Positions 20,032-30,051 of a stretch of DNA of 59,126 nt are shown piece by piece. The position numbers and the translations under genes were made by a program. Below the pieces are notes generated by a model, which was not told where the DNA came from, did not search any database, and saw only the letters and a program-made list of their open reading frames with translations. Position 1 is the first letter of the stretch. Every line of letters begins with the position of its first letter. Location: NCBI GenBank assembly GCA_022340825.1, contig JAJDNE010000072.1, positions 1 to 59,126 of the forward strand, read 5' to 3'. This DNA is from Acidiferrobacterales bacterium (GTDB lineage Bacteria > Pseudomonadota > Gammaproteobacteria > Acidiferrobacterales > JAJDNE01).

Positions 20032-20535
20032 ATGCGCAGACTACTCATTGCAGTTGTATTCATGTCGTTTACCGTGCCGGCGATGGCCGGTTCAGGCGGC
20101 ATGGTGACAGTTACCAGTGCCAACGATGTCAAGACCACGGTCAAGCAGCTCAAAAAAGTGCTGAAGGATAAGGGCATGACCATCTTCAAGACGGTCGATC
20201 ATGCCAAGGGTGCTGAAGAAGTCGGGTTGAAATTGCGTCCAACCACGGTGGTGATTTTCGGCAACCCGCAAGTCGGAACGCTACTAATGCAATGTGGTCA
20301 GACGGCTGGCATCGATTTACCAATGAAGATGCTCGTCTGGGAAGATAGCAGGGGCAGGGTTCATGTCAGCTACAATGATCCCTCGTACCTGGCCAGTCGC
20401 CATCGTATAAAAGGTTGCGCCAAGGTAAAGAAGAAGATGGCCGGCGCTCAGGCGGCATTCGCCAAAGCGGCCGCCAAGAAAGCACCTCCCAAGAAGGGCT
20501 TGAAAGACTACAATCCGTTCAAGAAAGATAAGTAG
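20032..20535 (+). CDS. DUF302 domain protein with signal peptide and basic C-terminal tail
   Basis: VDHAKGA..VGL.LRPT.V.IFGNP.VGT.LMQ......IDLP.K.LVWED motif. ATG 20032 follows SD GGAGGAG. Confidence 0.88.
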   Translation: MRRLLIAVVFMSFTVPAMAGSGGMVTVTSANDVKTTVKQLKKVLKDKGMTIFKTVDHAKGAEEVGLKLRPTTVVIFGNPQVGTLLMQCGQTAGIDLPMKMLVWEDSRGRVHVSYNDPSYLASRHRIKGCAKVKKKMAGAQAAFAKAAAKKAPPKKGLKDYNPFKKDK

Positions 20536-20551
20536 TGGCAAGACATGTAAC

Positions 20552-20584
20552 AAACCGCGTCCCATCATGGGGCGCGGTTTTTTT
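20552..20584 (+). terminator. Intrinsic terminator after DUF302 gene
   Basis: AAACCGCGTCCCA-TCA-TGGGGCGCGGTTTTTTT. Confidence 0.88.
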
Positions 20585-20747
20585 GTCTGCCGAACTATTT
20601 TTCTGATCTTCTATCATCGTCATGGGTTACCAGCGACCCCCGAAGAAGGAGAGAAGTTAACCCCTGGCGCAATACAGGCACTAACTATTTAAACTTCCCA
20701 AAACGGATATAATCTGATTCCGTTATTCTGCTCACAAAAGTAATTTC

Positions 20748-21092
20748 ATGCCGCGATTAGCCGATACACTCAAGCGCTGGGGGCAGCCGGATTTTAGGCA
20801 GACCTTGCAGGCAGAACTCGAGCAGCTAGAGGGAGATGAGTTACCACTGCAAGAGGCACTGTCGGGCGCAAGTTACGCTACCTATGACAGACGACAGGTG
20901 ATGGTCCTTGGTGCATCGGCAGTAGAGGGGTGGATTCACGCCCGGGCCGGGATTTTTTATCAAGGTATCGTTGCTGGCTGCAATTGTGCAGATGATCCGT
21001 CACCGCTTGATGTAACCGTTGAGTATTGTGAGGTAGCGATTAGCATCCATCGAGTTACCGCAGAGGCGGAGATCACGCTGATCCGGGGCTGA
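20748..21092 (+). CDS. Hypothetical protein with GCxCADDP...EYC motif
   Basis: Fills the gap on the operon strand with a protein-like composition (LPLQ..L, GIFYQGIVAGCNCADDP). Upstream TATAAT at about 20708. Confidence 0.75.
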   Translation: MPRLADTLKRWGQPDFRQTLQAELEQLEGDELPLQEALSGASYATYDRRQVMVLGASAVEGWIHARAGIFYQGIVAGCNCADDPSPLDVTVEYCEVAISIHRVTAEAEITLIRG

Positions 21093-21124
21093 ACCGGTAA
21101 AACTGCGAGACGTTGACGAGGCGC

Positions 21125-21916
21125 ATGACAAAACCCGCAAAGAAGATACTGATTACCGGTTGCCGGGGCGGCATTGGTCTGAATGCGGCATTGAAACTGG
21201 CAGCCCGGGGACACCACGTCATTGCCACGGTGCATCGATCCGAAAGTATCAGTGTCGTAAGGACGGCGGCCGATACCGCTGGTGTGAACCTGGTTGTCGA
21301 AAAACTGGATATTCTCGATCCGAACGACCGGCAACGCGCCGTGGCACATGATGTCGACGTATTGATTAATAACGCCGCGGTCGGCGAAACCGGTCCGCTA
21401 ATCGAAATTCCTATCGACCGCCTGGTCGGAATTCATGAGACCAACGTGGTGGCCACGCTCGCCTTAAGCCAGGCGGTTATTCATCAGATGATTAAAAAGA
21501 AGCACGGCAGGGTAATAATTGTCGGGTCTCTTGGCGGGCGTTTGTCGATGCCGTTTATGGGGCCTTACGTCATGACCAAGTTTGCACTGGAGGCTGCGGT
21601 AGATGCGATGCGGATGGAACTGCGACCATTCAAGGTGAACGTTTGTATTATCGAGCCAGGCGCCTACGCAACCGGATTCAACGAAGCCATGCATGCCAAA
21701 AAGTATGAATGGCTGAATGAAGATTCGGTCTATCGGGACCATATGCGCTTCATCAAGTTTTTTGAAAATGGCAATCTGAAGCTACAGGGAAAACGCACCG
21801 ACAATATCGCCCGTCAAATCGTCAAGGCAGTTGAGGCGCGGACGCCAAAGGCGAGGTATACGGCGCCATGGTGGCAGGCACTTGGTGTCCGCTTGTTGCG
21901 GATATTTGGTAAGTAG
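21125..21916 (+). CDS. Short-chain dehydrogenase/reductase (classical SDR)
   Basis: ITGCRGGIG, DVLINNAA, catalytic S...YVMTK, IIEPG. Confidence 0.93.
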   Translation: MTKPAKKILITGCRGGIGLNAALKLAARGHHVIATVHRSESISVVRTAADTAGVNLVVEKLDILDPNDRQRAVAHDVDVLINNAAVGETGPLIEIPIDRLVGIHETNVVATLALSQAVIHQMIKKKHGRVIIVGSLGGRLSMPFMGPYVMTKFALEAAVDAMRMELRPFKVNVCIIEPGAYATGFNEAMHAKKYEWLNEDSVYRDHMRFIKFFENGNLKLQGKRTDNIARQIVKAVEARTPKARYTAPWWQALGVRLLRIFGK

Positions 21917-21936
21917 GGCAGGCGCCCGGTCTGGCG

Positions 21937-22275
21937 CTATTGACCGATCAGCCCGTTAACCTTCGCCGCACAGATAAAATCGTTTATCGATAGTCCACCG
22001 ATGGCGTGAGTGGAATAGCGCACGCTGCAGGTCTTGTAACCCACCTCAAAGTCCGGATGATGATCCTCAACGTGAGCCACCCAGGCAAGGGCATTCACAA
22101 AGGCCATGGTTTCGTAGAAATTGGTGAAGGTGTATGTCCGGCGAATCTCCATTTTCTTACCATCAATTTCCCAGCCCGGCGTTTGCTTAAGAAACACATT
22201 GGCGTCATCCAGTGATAGCGGATCGACTCCGCCCTCACAGGCCTCGCATTTCATGCTTTTCAGATCGGACGTCAC
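21937..22275 (-). CDS. phhB: Pterin-4-alpha-carbinolamine dehydratase
   Basis: CEACEGG, F.NFYETMAFVN, HVEDHHPD catalytic motif, THAIGGLSINDFICAAK. SD AGGAG and GTG start. Confidence 0.92.
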   Translation of the reverse strand: MTSDLKSMKCEACEGGVDPLSLDDANVFLKQTPGWEIDGKKMEIRRTYTFTNFYETMAFVNALAWVAHVEDHHPDFEVGYKTCSVRYSTHAIGGLSINDFICAAKVNGLIGQ

Positions 22276-22288
22276 GATCGACTCCTGC

Positions 22289-22570
22289 TCAGAATTTGTA
22301 GTAGGTATCGTTCAGGAACTTGACGATATTTGCCTGGTCGTCCTCGGTGTAGCCCTTGTTGAGCATGCCGCTACACATCTGCACGCGCTTTTCCAGGCCG
22401 CTAAGTGACTTGATCCGATTCGGGCGCGTATACACACTACTGTCGTGACAGGCAACACAATCCCGGTTGTGAAGTTGTTTGCCCTTCGCGGCATCACCCA
22501 GTACCAGTTCTGCTGAATGGGCAACGGAGGCAGTTAATAGTAGCGACGTTGTCAGTAGTAGAGTTTTCAT
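22289..22570 (-). CDS. Small periplasmic monoheme cytochrome c (green-heme-protein-like)
   Basis: Signal peptide, GDAAKGKQLH..DCVACH, SVYTRPNR, additional Cys in RVQMC, FLNDTYYKF terminus. Confidence 0.85.
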   Translation of the reverse strand: MKTLLLTTSLLLTASVAHSAELVLGDAAKGKQLHNRDCVACHDSSVYTRPNRIKSLSGLEKRVQMCSGMLNKGYTEDDQANIVKFLNDTYYKF

Positions 22571-23820
22571 ACCTGGTGCTCCTGCAAGTGGGCGATGCGA
22601 ACCGGTGCCGGCGGGTGCGAATCATAAAAAATGGAGTGTAGCGGGTCCGGCGTCAATGTTTTGGCATTTTCTTCGTACATTTTTACCAGAGCGCTGATCA
22701 GGTCGCTGGCATTCGCCTGCTGACTGGCAAAGGCATCTGCCTCGAATTCATGTTTGCGCGAACTCCAGGACATCAGCGGGCTCAGGAAGAAGGTAAATAC
22801 CGGCATTGCCAAGAGGAACAGGGCCAGACCAAGATGGTTAATATGGCTCGGGGCGTTAGCAATGCCAAGGCCCTGATAGAACCATGCCTGGGTCGCCAGC
22901 CAGCCGAGCAGGGCGAGACCGGCGAGACTCAGCGCAAACATCACGACAATTCGTTTGGTAATATGTTTCAGCTTGAAGTGACCCAGCTCATGAGCCAATA
23001 CTGCCTCGACTTCAGAGTCATCGAGACTGTCCAACAGGGTGTCGAAGAATACAATGCGTTTGTTGCGACCGAAACCCGTGAAGTAGGCGTTGCCATGCGC
23101 AGAACGCTTGGAGCCATCCATCACATATATTCCCTTGCTTCTGAATCCGGTGCGCTCCAGCAGTGATTGTACCCGGTCGCGTACACTGCCTTCTTCCAGC
23201 GGTTTGAACTTGTTAAACAGGGGGGCGATCCACGTTGGATAGGCCCAGATGGCAAGCATATTGAAGCCACTGATTAGTAGCCAGACATATAGCCACCAGA
23301 GGCCGCCCATCTGGTTCATGATCCAGAGTACGGCAAACAGCAACGGTCCTCCGATCAGCAGCATCAAGCCGGTATTTTTTATCAAGTCAGTCGCAAAGGT
23401 TCTGGCATCGGTCTTGTTAAAACCGAATCGTTCCTCGACGACAAACGTGCTGTAAATAGAGAACGGCAGCTCCAGCAGGCCGCCGATCAGGAACAGGCTC
23501 ATCAATACAGCAGTCCCGTGCCAGATGGGACCGAGATTGGCCGCTGTCCAGCTGCTGTCAAGCAGTTGCAGGCCGCCACCAAGTGTCCAAATCAATAACA
23601 GTATTGCACCATAGACCTCATCGACCATCGTCAGGCGGTTTCTGCTCACGGTGTAATCCGCCGCTTTCTCGTGAGCAGACTGGGAGATTTTACCAGCGAA
23701 GCTCCCGGGGACAGTGTTGCGATGGGCGAGAACATGTCGGATCTGGCGTCGCGCCAGCCAAAGCTGGGCGGCCAGGGTAGTGCCAAGGAACGCGATAAAG
23801 ACAATAGAGAAAGTATTCAT
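22567..23820 (-). CDS. M48 family (STE24/CAAX-protease-like) membrane zinc metallopeptidase
   Basis: Multiple TM helices, [38 protein letters not shown] and SHPP...RI motifs. Confidence 0.94.
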   Translation of the reverse strand: MNTFSIVFIAFLGTTLAAQLWLARRQIRHVLAHRNTVPGSFAGKISQSAHEKAADYTVSRNRLTMVDEVYGAILLLIWTLGGGLQLLDSSWTAANLGPIWHGTAVLMSLFLIGGLLELPFSIYSTFVVEERFGFNKTDARTFATDLIKNTGLMLLIGGPLLFAVLWIMNQMGGLWWLYVWLLISGFNMLAIWAYPTWIAPLFNKFKPLEEGSVRDRVQSLLERTGFRSKGIYVMDGSKRSAHGNAYFTGFGRNKRIVFFDTLLDSLDDSEVEAVLAHELGHFKLKHITKRIVVMFALSLAGLALLGWLATQAWFYQGLGIANAPSHINHLGLALFLLAMPVFTFFLSPLMSWSSRKHEFEADAFASQQANASDLISALVKMYEENAKTLTPDPLHSIFYDSHPPAPVRIAHLQEHQV

Positions 23821-23902
23821 AGTGAGCCAATGTTATCATTTAACCAAGATATTCCGCAGCTGCGGATCCCCTAGAGAAAAACAGATAATTTCGGAGCACA
23901 TC

Positions 23903-24454
23903 ATGCCGCAAGACCCCAATGCCCTGATATGGATTGACCTTGAAATGACAGGGCTGGATACCGATAACGATCGCATTATCGAGGTCGCAACGATTATTAC
24001 CGATGCCGATCTCAATATTGTTGCCGAGGGCCCGGTGCTTGCCGTGCACCAGAGCGATGAAATACTTAACGGTATGGATGAATGGAACACCAAGACCCAC
24101 GGCAAAACCGGGTTGACCGAGCGGGTTCGTGCCTCGAGGCTCGATGAAGCCGAAGCAGAGCGCCAGACCATTGCATTCCTTGAGCAATATGTTTCCAAGA
24201 ACCGGTCGCCGATGTGTGGAAACAGTATCTGCCAGGACCGTCGCTTTCTCGCCCGCACCATGCCGGCGCTCGAGGCCTACTTTCATTATCGAAATCTTGA
24301 TGTGAGCAGCCTGAAGGAACTGGCGGTCCGCTGGAAACCCGATATCCTCCCCGGCTTCACAAAGAAAAATACGCACAAAGCACTGGACGACATCCAGGAA
24401 TCCATTGAAGAACTGAAGTATTACCGGGACCACTTTATTGTAAAGAACGACTAG
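23903..24454 (+). CDS. orn: Oligoribonuclease
   Basis: [53 protein letters not shown]. Confidence 0.97.
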   Translation: MPQDPNALIWIDLEMTGLDTDNDRIIEVATIITDADLNIVAEGPVLAVHQSDEILNGMDEWNTKTHGKTGLTERVRASRLDEAEAERQTIAFLEQYVSKNRSPMCGNSICQDRRFLARTMPALEAYFHYRNLDVSSLKELAVRWKPDILPGFTKKNTHKALDDIQESIEELKYYRDHFIVKND

Positions 24455-24518
24455 AAACCGGTGATGGCCACGTAGCCGGCGCGGTTTGTGGCACCCGTAT
24501 TGATTGCAGGAGATCGTA

Positions 24519-25526
24519 ATGAACAGGTTGTTTCCAGTCTTGTTAATAGTATCGGTGTTTCTGGCCGGTTGTGCTTCCGGTGGACGTCCGGACTGGACTG
24601 ATGGCGGCAGAAGCAAGAACTTTCCGGCAGATCGATATCTGACCGGTATGGGCACTGCGTCGGAGCTCGATACGGCCAAAGTACGCGCACGCGCCAGCCT
24701 CGCCAAAACAGTTGCGATAAATATCGAGGACGTGAAGGAAGCGGTTTCCCGCGAGACCGGGAAAAGCGGTTCCCCTGTTCTGACTTATGTGAACGAGGCC
24801 CGGGTGAATCAACTCATTACTAACCGAACAAAGCAGGTGTTGACCGGCGCTCGGATCGGCGAGACCTGGCAGGGTCCAGAGACCAAAGCACACTACGCGT
24901 TGGCGGTGCTGCCAAGATTGCAGGCGGCAAACAATCTCAAGCAGGAAATATCCCGACTTGACAGGGCGACCGGTGGCTACGTGCGCCGATCGAAAAGTGA
25001 GGGCGACATTCTGAAAAAAGTGAGAGCCGCGAGCATTGCGCTTGACGCCCAGGTTGCGCGTCTCGGTTATGAGCGTACCTTGCGTCGCGTCAACGACAGC
25101 GAAGCTGTTGCTCCGTCGCAGTGGGAAATCGCGGGATTGAGGAGTGATCTCGAAAGACTTCTTTTTCGCGTGCGTGTTGTGCCGCAAGTGGCGGATGACA
25201 CTACTGGTAGCCTGGGCACATCGACCAGCGCTGCATTGTCAAAATCCGGATTTCAGTTGAGTGATAGTGCGACCGCAGAATTTATCCTGAATGCCGGGTT
25301 GAAATTTGAAAATCTGGGGTACAAGGACAAGTGGTACTGGTCGCGCGGGGTGCTAACCGTCAAATTAAGCGAGCGCGCCAGTGGCAAGGAAAGAGGCAGT
25401 GTGAGTTGGGCGATCAAGGCGTCCGGTCAAAGCAATGCCGATGCTGAACAGCGCATCGCGACCAAAGCTGATGCGCTTTTGGATCGACAGCTGCGCGATA
25501 CCGTTATCAGGTTTGCGGTTCGCTAG
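24519..25526 (+). CDS. LPP20-family-like lipoprotein
   Basis: Lipobox LAGC, RPDW, YLTGMG and AKVRARASLA pattern. SD CAGGAG. Confidence 0.75.
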   Translation: MNRLFPVLLIVSVFLAGCASGGRPDWTDGGRSKNFPADRYLTGMGTASELDTAKVRARASLAKTVAINIEDVKEAVSRETGKSGSPVLTYVNEARVNQLITNRTKQVLTGARIGETWQGPETKAHYALAVLPRLQAANNLKQEISRLDRATGGYVRRSKSEGDILKKVRAASIALDAQVARLGYERTLRRVNDSEAVAPSQWEIAGLRSDLERLLFRVRVVPQVADDTTGSLGTSTSAALSKSGFQLSDSATAEFILNAGLKFENLGYKDKWYWSRGVLTVKLSERASGKERGSVSWAIKASGQSNADAEQRIATKADALLDRQLRDTVIRFAVR

Positions 25527-26593
25527 TTCAATTGTTGAGCAAGAGCCCAGGCTACGTGTTCCCGGACAAGATCAGAATGATGCTGCTCACGGCGACGCAG
25601 GCTTTTAATAATCTCTGGATTTGACGGCGCGTTACCAAGCGCCACTGCAATATTGCGCAGCCACTGTTCATAACCAATTCGTCGAATGGCCGAACCCTCG
25701 GTTTTCTCCAGGAAGGTCTGTTCGGACCAGTCAAACAACTCCAAAAGCTCGGGTCGGTCCAGTCCGTGGCGCACACGAAAATCCTTTTCTGCGCTCAAGT
25801 GCGAAAAACGATTCCATGGGCAGACCAGCTGGCAGTCATCGCAACCATAGATACGATTGCCGATTAACGGCCGTAACGGAATAGGGATAGAGCCTTTCAA
25901 TTCAATCGTCAGATAAGAGATGCACCGACGGGCATCCAGTTCATAGGGTGCCACGATAGCGGCGGTAGGGCAGATGTCTATGCAAGCGTGGCAGGTACCG
26001 CAGTGATTGTCTGCAGGTGAATCAACCGGTAACGGCAGATCCGTGTAAATCTCGCCAAGAAAAAACCATGATCCGGCATCGCGCGCAATCAGGTTGGTGT
26101 GTTTACCGATCCAGCCTAGCCCCGAATTTTCTGCCAGTGCTTTTTCCAGCACGGGTGCGCTATCACTGAATACGCGGTATCCAAATTCACCGACCTCCTG
26201 TTGAATATGGTCGGCCAGTTTTTGCAATCGTTTGCGCACGATCTTGTGGTAGTCACGGCCAAGCGCATAACGCGAAATCATTGCTAGCGACGGATCACGC
26301 ATCACTTTATCGCTATCGGCTGCATCGGGTGGCAGATAGTCCATTCTTGCCGAGATTACCCGGATGGTGCCGGGTACAAGATCTGCCGGCCTGCTACGGC
26401 GAGTACCATGTGCCTCCATGTAGTCCATGTCGCCGTGGTAGCGGTTGCCCAGCCATTGCAGCAAACGTGCCTCGGCAGCATCGAGATTTACGTCGCTTAT
26501 GCCTACCTGTTGAAAACCAAGTGATTTGCCCCAGCGCCTGAGGCGAACACTCAGCTCGCTGAAGTCGACAGAATAGTTTCGCTCGGAGCACAT
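25523..26593 (-). CDS. queG: Epoxyqueuosine reductase
   Basis: SRYALGRDYH, DSAPVLEK, GWIGKH, CGTCHACIDICPT, CISYLTIE, IYGCDDCQLVCPWN. Confidence 0.97.
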   Translation of the reverse strand: MCSERNYSVDFSELSVRLRRWGKSLGFQQVGISDVNLDAAEARLLQWLGNRYHGDMDYMEAHGTRRSRPADLVPGTIRVISARMDYLPPDAADSDKVMRDPSLAMISRYALGRDYHKIVRKRLQKLADHIQQEVGEFGYRVFSDSAPVLEKALAENSGLGWIGKHTNLIARDAGSWFFLGEIYTDLPLPVDSPADNHCGTCHACIDICPTAAIVAPYELDARRCISYLTIELKGSIPIPLRPLIGNRIYGCDDCQLVCPWNRFSHLSAEKDFRVRHGLDRPELLELFDWSEQTFLEKTEGSAIRRIGYEQWLRNIAVALGNAPSNPEIIKSLRRREQHHSDLVREHVAWALAQQLN

Positions 26594-26640
26594 ATCACCC
26601 TATCATATAGCGACACGACATCGTCGCAACTTGAATAATC

Positions 26641-28137
26641 ATGCCTTTACCTGTCAGTCTTTATCTTGCGGAACAAGCCCGGGAGCTCGATCGCCTGGCG
26701 ATCCAGCAATTAAGTTTGAGCGACGGCCAGTTGATGGAGCGAGCGGGGGCTGCCGCTTATGGCTTGCTGCGCCACCATTGGCCCCGCGCCCGCCGTCTGG
26801 CGGTGATCTGCGGGCCGGGAAATAACGGCGGGGATGGCTATGTGCTGGCACGCTTGGCAATGGCAGAAGGCCTAATGGTTCGACTGCTGTCGCCGGGAGA
26901 TCTGCTGCGTCAGCATGACGACGCCTTGGCGGCGCGCAAGCTGTTTGAACAATCCGGTGGCGTTGTCAGTCCCTTTGATCCTGCAACGCTCGGTGACTGT
27001 GATCTGATTGTCGATTCCATTTTTGGAACCGGCCTTGAGCGTGAAATTACCGGCGACTTTGCTGAGGCGATAGCAGCCATCAATGGATCCCGGATCCCGG
27101 TGTTGGCGCTTGATATTCCGTCAGGTCTTGATGCCGACCGAGGCATTGTTCTGGGTATCGCGGTGAAGGCCAATGAAACCATCTGCTTTATCGGCATCAA
27201 GGCCGGTATGTTGACCGCCGACGGCCCAGACTATTGTGGCCACCTGCGATTTGATTCGCTGGGTATTCCAGACACCACTTTTCGGCAGATTGAGCCCTAT
27301 GCGACTCGCATTGCGCGCTCGCAACTGCGCGCGTTGTTTCCACGTCGCCGGCGCAATAGTCATAAGGGAGATTTTGGGCGTGTCCTGATTATTGGTGGTG
27401 GGCCAGGAATGGCGGGGGCAGCTCGCCTTGCCGGTGAAGCGGCCCTGTACTGCGGGGCGGGCCTGGTGCGGGTCGCGACGCACCCCGAACACGCTTATAC
27501 ACTGAATACGGCAAGACCGGAGCTGATTGTCCACAGCGTCAGTGATGGTCGTCAGTTGCGCGAGTTGATGCAACAGGCAGACGTGGTCGCGCTGGGACCG
27601 GGACTCGGTCAATCGGATTGGGCGACGTCATTGATGTCGGTGGTGCTTGAGAGCGGGTTGCCGAAAGTGCTGGATGCGGACGCGCTACGATTGCTGGCGA
27701 TGGATCCCGTATACGATGATAAACGGGTGTTAACGCCACATCCGGGGGAAGCGGGAGCGCTTCTCGGTACATGTGCTGCTGAAATTCAGGCCGATCGGTT
27801 TCGACAGGCAGATTCGATTATTAAGCAATTTGGCGGCGTATGTATATTAAAAGGTAATGGAAGTATCGTCGCCGCGAACAAGATCCGTCGCGTCTGCGCC
27901 AGCGGTAACCCGGCCCTGGCAATCGCCGGTAGCGGTGATCTGCTCACCGGGGCGGTGGCCTCGTTTATTGCACAAGGTCTGTCCCTGGTCGACGCCGCTG
28001 TCGCGGCTGTCTGGTTGCATGGCCACGCAGCAGACATGATCGCGCACCGGGGCGAACGCGGCTGGCTTGCCAGCGAATTGCTACCGTTTATGCGCGACGC
28101 GCTTCATGGACTGGAGAAAGCGGCTGATGAAAACTGA
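26641..28137 (+). CDS. nnr: Bifunctional NAD(P)H-hydrate epimerase/dehydratase
   Basis: LMERAG, GPGNNGGDG, DIPSG (YjeF_N) and SHKGDFG, GPGLG, DADAL, TPHPGEA, GSGDLL. Confidence 0.95.
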   Translation: MPLPVSLYLAEQARELDRLAIQQLSLSDGQLMERAGAAAYGLLRHHWPRARRLAVICGPGNNGGDGYVLARLAMAEGLMVRLLSPGDLLRQHDDALAARKLFEQSGGVVSPFDPATLGDCDLIVDSIFGTGLEREITGDFAEAIAAINGSRIPVLALDIPSGLDADRGIVLGIAVKANETICFIGIKAGMLTADGPDYCGHLRFDSLGIPDTTFRQIEPYATRIARSQLRALFPRRRRNSHKGDFGRVLIIGGGPGMAGAARLAGEAALYCGAGLVRVATHPEHAYTLNTARPELIVHSVSDGRQLRELMQQADVVALGPGLGQSDWATSLMSVVLESGLPKVLDADALRLLAMDPVYDDKRVLTPHPGEAGALLGTCAAEIQADRFRQADSIIKQFGGVCILKGNGSIVAANKIRRVCASGNPALAIAGSGDLLTGAVASFIAQGLSLVDAAVAAVWLHGHAADMIAHRGERGWLASELLPFMRDALHGLEKAADEN

Positions 28138-28627
28138 TGCCTTTGAGGTGGAAGTTGCCGGTGAGGACGACATGATCACACTGGGGCAATCGCTTTCAGG
28201 CTGGTTGAGAAAAATTCATCTGGTCACTTTCACCGGTGACCTGGGTGCGGGCAAGACTACGTTGGTGCGCGGTATATTGCGGGGCCGGGACTACCATGGC
28301 GCGGTAAAAAGTCCGACATTTACACTGGTAGAACCCTATGAACTTGCGCAACAGTCGATATACCATTTTGATCTGTATCGATTGGATGATCCCGAAGAAT
28401 TTGAATTCCTGGGCGCGCGTGAGTATTTGCAGGATGGTGGTTTGTGTCTGGTCGAGTGGCCGGAGAAGGGGGCGGGGTTTTTGCCAGAACCTGATGTAAA
28501 CGTTACTATAAATAAAGTGAATAGCGGTCGAATGGTAAGGTTTGCGCTGGTAAGCGATCGTGCGAAAGCGTATGCCGATGAATTGATGCATTGTTTGAAA
28601 GTGAAGCAAGAGGTGCAAAGCCGGTGA
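28127..28627 (+). CDS. tsaE: t6A37 biosynthesis ATPase TsaE
   Basis: GDLGAGKTT, VKSPTFTLVEPY, HFDLYRL, LVEWPE. Confidence 0.96.
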   Translation: MKTDAFEVEVAGEDDMITLGQSLSGWLRKIHLVTFTGDLGAGKTTLVRGILRGRDYHGAVKSPTFTLVEPYELAQQSIYHFDLYRLDDPEEFEFLGAREYLQDGGLCLVEWPEKGAGFLPEPDVNVTINKVNSGRMVRFALVSDRAKAYADELMHCLKVKQEVQSR

Positions 28628-30000
28628 GGACCACCCTGGTCCTGGTAGTTTTTTCATTCCTTGGCCTGATTTCCATGCCGGGCCAAGCGGCTTCCGTTTC
28701 GATACAGAACCTGCGCATGTGGCGCGCACCGGACAACACGCGACTGGTACTCGATCTTAGCGGGCCACTTAATCACAAGATATTTCGCCTCAAGAACCCT
28801 GACCGTATCGTGATCGATATCGAATCAGCGAGTCTGAGCAAGCCGATGCCGGTGATGACCTTCGATGGTCCTATTATCAAGAGTATCCGCACCGGCCATC
28901 GCGGCAACGGTGACCTGCGCATCGTGCTCGACCTGAAACGCGTGACTCAACCCAAATCGTTCCTGTTGAAGCCATTTCAGAGCTACGGTTACCGCCTGGT
29001 AATCGATCTGGACCATACGCCCGATGCCGATGATCCGGAATTTGAAAAGGATAAGCCGGCCGCTATTGAGTCAGCTTCCCCACGCGAGCCATCTACACCA
29101 GTATTGCCACCACGACGCAGTGAGATCGTCATTGCAATTGATGCCGGTCACGGCGGTGAAGACCCTGGCGCCATTGGTCGTCGCTACAGAACCAGGGAAA
29201 AGCATGTTGTGCTCAGCATCGCCAAGGAACTAAAACGCCTGGTAGACCGTGAGCCCAATATGCGTGCAGTCATGACGCGCAAGGGCGACTATTTTGTGCC
29301 ATTGGCAAGACGCGTACACATGGCACAGGATGCCCGTGCTGATATCTTCATTTCGATACACGCGGATTCCCTGCCAAAGAAACGTGCTCGCGGTGCTTCG
29401 GTTTATGCATTGTCGCAACGCGGCGCTACCAGTCGGCTGGCAAAGCGTCTGGCAGACCAGGAAAACGCATCGGACTATATCGGCGGCATTCTGGAAAACA
29501 AGGATCCGATTGTGCAGAAGGTGCTGGTTGACCTGAACCAGACATCAACCATTGTCGACAGTCTGGCGCTCGGGCGCGACATACTGACGTCGTTAAAACC
29601 GGTTGGTGACATACATAGCGCCAATGTTGAACAGGCCGGTTTTGCAGTATTGAAGTCACCGTTTATGCCGTCCGTACTGATAGAGACTGCTTTTATATCA
29701 AATCCTTCCGAAGAGAAACGATTGCGGACGCACCGGTTTCAGCGGCAGATGGCGCAGGGAATATTTTCCGGCATCAGGCGCTATGTAAAACGCAAAGACC
29801 TGCGACCATTACCACGCGCGGTGCCATCCGGTACCGTTCGGCACAATGATGAAACACGTGTGCACATTGTTCGCCGGGGCGAGACACTCTCCGGTATCGC
29901 CCAGCGCTATGGTGTAAAACTGCAGGCCTTGCGGGTGGCCAACAATATTTCCGGTACCAGTGTACAAGCTGGCGAGAGCCTGCAGATTCCCGGGCTGTAA
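28624..30000 (+). CDS. N-acetylmuramoyl-L-alanine amidase (AMIN + Amidase_3 + LysM; AmiB/AmiC-like)
   Basis: AMIN domain (TRLVLDL, NPDRIVID), IDAGHGGEDPGA, SIHAD, LIETAFISN, C-terminal LysM (HIVRRGETLSGIA). GTG start overlaps the tsaE stop. Confidence 0.93.
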   Translation: MRTTLVLVVFSFLGLISMPGQAASVSIQNLRMWRAPDNTRLVLDLSGPLNHKIFRLKNPDRIVIDIESASLSKPMPVMTFDGPIIKSIRTGHRGNGDLRIVLDLKRVTQPKSFLLKPFQSYGYRLVIDLDHTPDADDPEFEKDKPAAIESASPREPSTPVLPPRRSEIVIAIDAGHGGEDPGAIGRRYRTREKHVVLSIAKELKRLVDREPNMRAVMTRKGDYFVPLARRVHMAQDARADIFISIHADSLPKKRARGASVYALSQRGATSRLAKRLADQENASDYIGGILENKDPIVQKVLVDLNQTSTIVDSLALGRDILTSLKPVGDIHSANVEQAGFAVLKSPFMPSVLIETAFISNPSEEKRLRTHRFQRQMAQGIFSGIRRYVKRKDLRPLPRAVPSGTVRHNDETRVHIVRRGETLSGIAQRYGVKLQALRVANNISGTSVQAGESLQIPGL

Positions 30001-30051
30001 GTCAGTACAAAACCAATCCAGAACAAGAGAAGAAGAAGGAGGTAGGGAGGC

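Noticed and set aside
20585-20747. Possible riboswitch or leader peptide (MGYQRPPKKERS) in the spacer before the Cys-motif gene
   Set aside because: There is no SD, no recognisable riboswitch consensus and only weak pairing. The region is best explained as a promoter.
23840-24706. 288-aa antisense ORF opposite orn
   Set aside because: It overlaps orn and the lipoprotein gene and has no domain features.
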